A stretch of DNA of 64,000 bases from Lingula anatina. Its lineage: Eukaryota; Animalia; Brachiopoda. Every line of letters begins with the position of its first letter. The first letter of the stretch is position 1. Below, in pieces: positions 58,068-64,000 of this stretch. The DNA lies in contig CM120645.1 in the NCBI GenBank assembly GCA_051362555.1, positions 9,796,001-9,860,000 on the forward strand. The letters are read 5' to 3'. The notes under the pieces are model-generated. The model searched no databases. It saw only the letters and a list, made by a program, of their open reading frames with translations, and had not been told where the DNA came from. Made by a program: the position numbers and the translations under genes.

Positions 58068-58771
58068 CTAGAGATTAAAATTTAAATATATAAAACCTAA
58101 GCAAAGTATTCCTTGTAATAGCTCTTTGTAAAATATTGTACTATTTGCTTTGACACTTATGAGATATAGAATCATGCCTGTGATTATGATACTCCATCCT
58201 GACTCCATCTCTATCTCCAGTCAGTGTCAAAAATATAATAATCAGTATTGAAAGATGTTGCAGATAAAATAATTTTAGACACTCAATTTGTGTATTTTAT
58301 AAGGCACATACCTCTAAAATGGCTGCCTGTACATGCTGCTTGGATATAGGAGTAAAGTTGAGTGTCTGATGAAACTGCCTTATCTGCTCCAGGACTAGGT
58401 AGCCATTGCCTATGGGGTCCAGAATATCGAAGATTGCACTCAGGTCTGGCATCCCCATCTTGTTTACTTATGTGTGGACGGCCAGTCTCGTTAAAATCTA
58501 CCAGAGAGCCAAATAAGTGATACCTTAAATCTTTAACTGAAGTGACAGACACAATGTTTATTTTGGCGACAAATTTGAATCCCAAATAAATAAATAAATG
58601 TAATATAAGTCCCTCCCGTGTCTTACTGTCACTGTACTCGTACTGTCCTGGAAATTAGTCTGTTTTGCTCAAGTTTTGCTCGCAGTTACTTCGATACCAG
58701 TATTTGCTAATATATTAATTAATACCAGCCAATTCTTCATAAATGACACTAGAATGCTGTGTAGTGCTCAC

Positions 58772-58798
58772 CTTGTTCAGGACCAGCCTGTACGAAGG
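58772..58798 (-). CDS. Candidate 27-nt microexon of the large gene (PSYRLVLNK in phase 0)
   Basis: Strong acceptor tttatttctctttttag and strong donor AAG|gtgagc. Confidence 0.45.
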
Positions 58799-59059
58799 CT
58801 AAAAAGAGAAATAAACATTTTCAGACCACTCGCCGAGAAGAATGTGTACACTCTGCTAAGGGCCTGTATCACGTGATATTAACTCCGCATTTGTAATACT
58901 TCCACATCTCATAAATATTCATTAGTCTAAAAAATGCACCATTATGTGTTGATATTTATTATTTGTCAAAAAATTCATTTTAGTTATCTGGATTATTTTC
59001 TGAATAATACTTTTCTAAAATTTTCATTTGCTGGACTAATTACTCCGTTACTTAACAAG

Positions 59060-59902
59060 ATGTCAGCGCCCTGGTGCGAAAATGTCAAGATGGAATGGAC
59101 CAAAACATTGAACAAATACATATCGAAGAAACAAAGATTACGACCAAAATTAGTAGCAAGTATCTCAATGGATATATTGGCTGTAGATGTAGGGATAAAA
59201 CCATCATTTCTCTTTGACTATTGGGCAATAACAGCTGCTGAAATGACGAACCTTCTCAAGGAATTAAGGGACTCGGGACTAACTCAACACAAGCTTCAAG
59301 TTTTAGTATTTAATCCACCGGAAGAAATGAACAGTATGGACGATTTTGTACCAGATGTATTCATTTTCGATAGAAATTCCACTGTTGACTGGTTAAACAG
59401 CGTACTGAATGGTGGCAGCCCGGTTACTGTTGTGGACGTATCCAAGGAAGTTGGACGACCCGTGGTGAAAATCGACATTACGGACATTACGGAGCAAGTG
59501 GGTGGAATTATTACCCATATTCAGCTGAGCAGGGAATTTGATGTGGTGGAAATTCCTACCTCTGCTGAGTGGAATTTGACCACATTATCTGGGGTTCTTT
59601 TGGGGTACCCGTTCTCATACTGGTACCACCCACCTTCCCCTGACGCTGATAACTGTCTGGGTTATACACCTCTAGTGAACTATCAGGTGACCTGTAAGAT
59701 GAACACTGACGGTGCCATATCAGCTAAGAAAGAGCTTGTGGATCATACTTTGTATTCTTTCAGCATTCCCCACAGTGTGAACAGTGAACAAACGATTAAT
59801 TTCTGGTTTAAAAGTTTGCAAGGTAAATTCCAGAGACAGAATATATTTTTGGATCCTTACTTATCACACAAAGATATTACTCTTCCATCTGTGGCTCTTT
59901 AA
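59060..59902 (+). CDS. C1orf74: UPF0739 protein C1orf74 homolog (DUF4504 family), single coding exon, ~280 aa
   Basis: Motifs recognised from memory of the family: DILAVDVGIKPSFLFDY, WNLTTLSGVLLGYP, DNCL...PL, LYSFSIP and C-terminal TLPSVAL. The ATG at 59060 (AAGATGT) is preferred over the AT-rich upstream extension from 58934. Confidence 0.88.
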   Translation: MSAPWCENVKMEWTKTLNKYISKKQRLRPKLVASISMDILAVDVGIKPSFLFDYWAITAAEMTNLLKELRDSGLTQHKLQVLVFNPPEEMNSMDDFVPDVFIFDRNSTVDWLNSVLNGGSPVTVVDVSKEVGRPVVKIDITDITEQVGGIITHIQLSREFDVVEIPTSAEWNLTTLSGVLLGYPFSYWYHPPSPDADNCLGYTPLVNYQVTCKMNTDGAISAKKELVDHTLYSFSIPHSVNSEQTINFWFKSLQGKFQRQNIFLDPYLSHKDITLPSVAL

Positions 59903-60990
59903 TTAATTAAATGTGTCAAATTGGATTTTTAATATTTTTAATGTGTTTATAAATTATAGCAAGTGCAATTGAGTAAAAGAGCAAATAATTTAAAGCTGAC
60001 TTTTGATTGTTTTTGTTTTACTTCATTCTCATGGATTTTTAAAAAAATATATCTGTGAATATGAGTTTTTAAACAAGTTTTGTTGTTTAAACAAGTGCCA
60101 TGTTAATCCAAAATTTAAGAAAAGCAGAATATGTTCTTACATTTTCATTCAAGGAGTAAAGCTTGGCATTGAATTTTCATCTTTAATATGTATAATTATT
60201 TAATAATCACATTTTTTATATTGAATAAATCAAGACTTCACCTTGTAAGATGAACAATAAAATGACATAGAATGTTTGAGAACTATTCCGATAATAGAGA
60301 GAAAACTTGGACATCCCGAAACATCCAGAAGGTCAGTTAGGGCGTCAAATTATGGTTACCGCCTATATTTGGCACAAAATTTAATTGAACAGCAAATAGA
60401 AAAGTCTACCTTGGTGTTTAATTGAGCTAGATTTATTCGCAGTCATGCATGAGCCCACTGTGTGCGGTAAACATGTTGAAGAACAAAGTTGACTGGTGTC
60501 ATGACCTCCCATGATGATAATTTACAATGTCTGCTTCTTGAGTCTGTTTCCATGGATGTTTTAAACACAGTTATATATCTTTTATATACATATAAAAGTT
60601 TGTTTTAGGCTTAAAAAAGAAACTTTTTTTAAGCTCTGTTATATCTTTTGTTTACACAAAAATGTGTAAAAAATTTATGCTCAAATTAAGGAAATTCTTG
60701 TGCTTTACAATAGAAAATTTAAGCCCGAAGTATAGAAATGAACTGACATCAGAAGCTTCGAGGTAGATTAGCTTTAGAGATAACTGATGCACAGCTACGT
60801 GTATTATTCTCTGGTCAGTGTTACAGCGTACAATTTAACATCAAGTCGTGCCGCAGTCTAGTTTAGTTGAAAAACAAAGCTTACACATACGACAAATAGA
60901 GACCACATTCTAGTACTTTATTGAACACTGCTAAAGATCTGTATTTTGCATCTATTAACATCCCAAAACTATATAGACTAGTTTGTTTCA

Positions 60991-61080
60991 CAAAAAAAAA
61001 AATAAATAAATAAAAATAAATAAATAAATAAAATAAATAAATAAAAATAATAATAATAAATAAAATGAGATAAATAAATG
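60991..61080. repeat. A-rich (AAAT/AAT)n repeat
   Basis: Direct inspection. Confidence 0.9.
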
Positions 61081-61583
61081 AATGGAACAGTGTAAAATGA
61101 AATGAGAACAACATTGAAAGTACGGCTCATTTTTCATTGTTTTTATTTTTTTAAACTATACCATCCTTAATGACCACATTATCCGAGTTAGGAAAATAAT
61201 GCACGTTGTGAAAGATTTTTTTTAATCGGGTGGTTGCTATAAACGGCAAATCTGTTGCTAATACAGTATGTTTATATAAGTCCAGTTTGCTCGATCAGTT
61301 AGCTAAGATTGTCGTAATGCATTCTTCTTAAGCGCCGTACCCAGCAGTAAAACTAGAGTCAAATTTCAGTAAACTGTAAAGTTTTGCAAATTACGGTGTG
61401 AATTTTACATTTTTAAATGCCTCTCAAAAAATATATCAGCCTTCACAGTCAGAATACATAATCTGTTAGAAAATAAGTCGTTTATACCAAACAGTCAAAT
61501 ATCAAAGTTCCCCTTTTTTGTTCAAAATTGTTTATCAATGAACAAAGACAAGTGATATTTTTGCTTGATTTTCACCTTTCTTC

Positions 61584-62669
61584 TCAAGTCTGTATATACT
61601 CCCTGATGTGATTGACAAGGATTTCATATTCGGAGGCATGTCTGTATTTTCCTTGCATTTTGTGAAGATGTTCCTTCGACTCACACCCGGCCCAGTTGTG
61701 CAGTCTGCCACACGGGTTTTGCGCGCCGGAATTGGGGCGATTTGCGAAGTGAATCGGCAGAGAGTTGTACACCTTGGACGTCGGTGGCGTTGCGGCGTCA
61801 CGCGCTTCATTTCTATACGAGGTGATTTTGCCGTTGATGGCGGCACGAAGGCGACGCCAGTGAGGTTTGGAAGTTGAGACAGGACTGGAAGAGCAGCCTT
61901 TTTTCAGTATTGGCTTTTGTAAGAAAGTTGAGATTTTTCTTTCTAAATTTTGCCTGTTTTCTACCTCCTTCAGTTTCAGATCTTGCAAAGACGCGGTAAC
62001 AAGTTGGACAGCTGAGGCGTCATTTTTATTTTTGCTACTCGGCGGAGAGGGAACCAGCGTTTTCTTTTGCGCCATCTTTTCCACCTTGCCTCTAGGGTTT
62101 ACCTTTTGAAAACGCGAGGAGTCAGTTCGTTTGAACTTCTTTTGGTGAATGTTGGGAATTTTGCAAGTCTGAACAGAGTCACTTGATATCGATAACCTGT
62201 TAATTGGAGGAGCCAAAAGTTGGCGATTCGACGCTGGGCTCAGGATTTCCTCCACATCAGACGCCGAATAAGGTCTTTCAGGACGACAAGGAGTTAACTC
62301 AGACACGTCTTCAATGTTGGCAAATTTCACTGTGCGCTGGAATACAGGCGGGCAACTTAAAGTGCCGTCATTTTCGCACCCAGTCGATTTTGTGATGACG
62401 ACTTTGGGGCGACGAGGTCTTTTCGGCAACAGAACTTCGTTGTCCGGAAAGCTACGAGCACGCGCAACTTGCGGTCTCTTAGTTTTACCTGTATGTGAGG
62501 AGGCTGAATTCTTCCTAACTTTGTGCTGTTCGTTGACGCAATTCTCCGTCTTTTTCTTGCGACTAGCTTCAAGAGTTTGTGCTTTGTTCGACAGCATGTT
62601 TGTACGCACTCTGGAGGCAGATGATAATTTGTGCCTTGTCTGTTTTTCCAAAGTTTTTGTGCTTGCCAT
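61584..62669 (-). CDS. Hypothetical basic, Ser/Pro/Lys/Arg-rich protein (~361 aa) or one large exon
   Basis: Over 1 kb open in an AT-rich genome, with higher GC and CpG. ATG at 62669 sits in a good context (GTAATGG). No recognisable domain. Confidence 0.7.
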   Translation of the reverse strand: MASTKTLEKQTRHKLSSASRVRTNMLSNKAQTLEASRKKKTENCVNEQHKVRKNSASSHTGKTKRPQVARARSFPDNEVLLPKRPRRPKVVITKSTGCENDGTLSCPPVFQRTVKFANIEDVSELTPCRPERPYSASDVEEILSPASNRQLLAPPINRLSISSDSVQTCKIPNIHQKKFKRTDSSRFQKVNPRGKVEKMAQKKTLVPSPPSSKNKNDASAVQLVTASLQDLKLKEVENRQNLERKISTFLQKPILKKGCSSSPVSTSKPHWRRLRAAINGKITSYRNEARDAATPPTSKVYNSLPIHFANRPNSGAQNPCGRLHNWAGCESKEHLHKMQGKYRHASEYEILVNHIREYIQT

Positions 62670-64000
62670 TACACCAGAAAGCAAAAACCTTTTTCTTTTA
62701 CTCTGTAAATTCGTCACCGGTACGTTTACTGGAAGAATTTCATGTCACTGCGCTATAATTCAGTATCTCATAACGCAAAATGGCTCGTTAAAAGTCCACT
62801 GGCGAGTATGGTATATTTCGGATATTTCACTGCTGCTGTATGTTAAATTCAACGTCTTCACCCTGATAAGGTCGCTGCATAATGTATGGAAAATGCCACT
62901 TTTTGTTCTTTTAACGCATAAAATACACGGCTGAGTTTATGCATATAAATGGTTCATTATAAGGCTTGAGCTGCCAGAATCGCTGCATGTTCGCTCTTTA
63001 AGGCCGTGATGACGCATTCCTTACATTATCACGCTTTATCAAAACAAATCAAGCACTTTAATTTTCTCGTCTTTATAGGCACCAAGAGGTTTTTATGTCC
63101 ATTTTCTGCAACTCTAGCGCGCAGTCACTCCTGAGTATAACTCTAGGACCTGGCCAGGGTTGGCTTAAAGTACAAGGTTTTAACTCTTCTTTGGCCACCT
63201 TTTCTGGACACCGTCCGCCCTTATTTATTTGGGCCCATAATCGACTTGTCGCCGATGGCCAAGGCCTCGAGTTTGAATTGGAATTCACATTGTTCTTTAA
63301 GCTGCTGCGAGATTTATAACCAGAAATGTATGACGCATTTACACTGCACGTTTTTGTTCCTGCCTGGTCCTAACGCGCGCTGTGCTCTAGATCTGGCGTT
63401 GCCTGTCCACAGTGGCTCCCTGACGACTGCACTAGTAGACCTTGTTTTGAGGGCATGGTTGATCTTTAATTAACTTGTTTGTCTTTTCACACTACGTGGT
63501 ATTTATTTGGACGCGTTATTGTTGTTTACGATGCTACTTTTGACCTTTTCTGAAAATTGTGCTGAAATAGCAAAGGTTAATTTGGAACTGTTCTAAGAAA
63601 CTTTACCATTAAAGAAAACAAACCGTTACATCAAAGTTAGATGTTAAAACGTATGTAGATGTAAAAATAGTAGGTAGTCTTTGTTTGTCATTGCGGTTGC
63701 TATGCAACACATCAATGTTGTTCTTAGTGGCGATTGCGTTTTCTTAGAACGCACTGTTTGCCATTTTAAAACTGTGCCCGTTGTATCCATTTTACTTCTA
63801 TTGAAAATCTTTTATATAATTACTGAAATTTTAAAAACTGCCGACCATGTAAGAAAAATAAAATCCGTATTTTTATTTAATCAGTAGAGTTCACTGTATA
63901 TTACTTAAAATACAGGCCAGGTTCTATGGGATTTTACCACCAGTATGAAAGAAATGCACCTAACTGTCTTGGACTTGTTTTTACAGCTTTGAATACTTCA

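Noticed and set aside
58934-59059. N-terminal extension of the C1orf74 ORF from the first ATG
   Set aside because: Very AT-rich, non-coding-like composition; the ATG at 59060 gives a family-typical length.
60410-60553. Candidate first coding exon of the large gene (donor CAAG|gtagac)
   Set aside because: The phase-0 frame contains a TGA, and the phase-1 ATG frame leads to a stop in exon 58067.

Overview
AT-rich eukaryotic (animal, probably marine invertebrate) genomic DNA with spliceosomal introns and microsatellites. There are no operons, rRNA/tRNA genes or CRISPR arrays. 1-7941 is the 3' part of an apparently intact Ty3/Gypsy LTR retroelement. It has an uninterrupted pol (protease, dUTPase-like insert, RT, RNase H, integrase, GPY/F, chromo-like domain), a separate env-like ORF of the baculovirus-F/errantivirus type with no in-frame ATG but a splice acceptor just upstream, and a ~580-bp 3' LTR. 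It is therefore an invertebrate endogenous retrovirus-like element. 8-24 kb is non-coding, with MITEs, a HINE-like element and simple repeats. 24003-58067 (minus) holds a 49-exon gene that I assembled by hand with consistent splice phases. It encodes ~2,700 aa: an N-terminal EF-hand region followed by about five ~410-430-aa charged helical repeats. It has one GC-AG intron and candidate alternative last exons, and its first coding exon was not found. A single-exon C1orf74/UPF0739 homolog (+) and a basic, low-complexity ~360-aa ORF (-) lie near the right end. All calls come from reading the sequence; no database searches were run.
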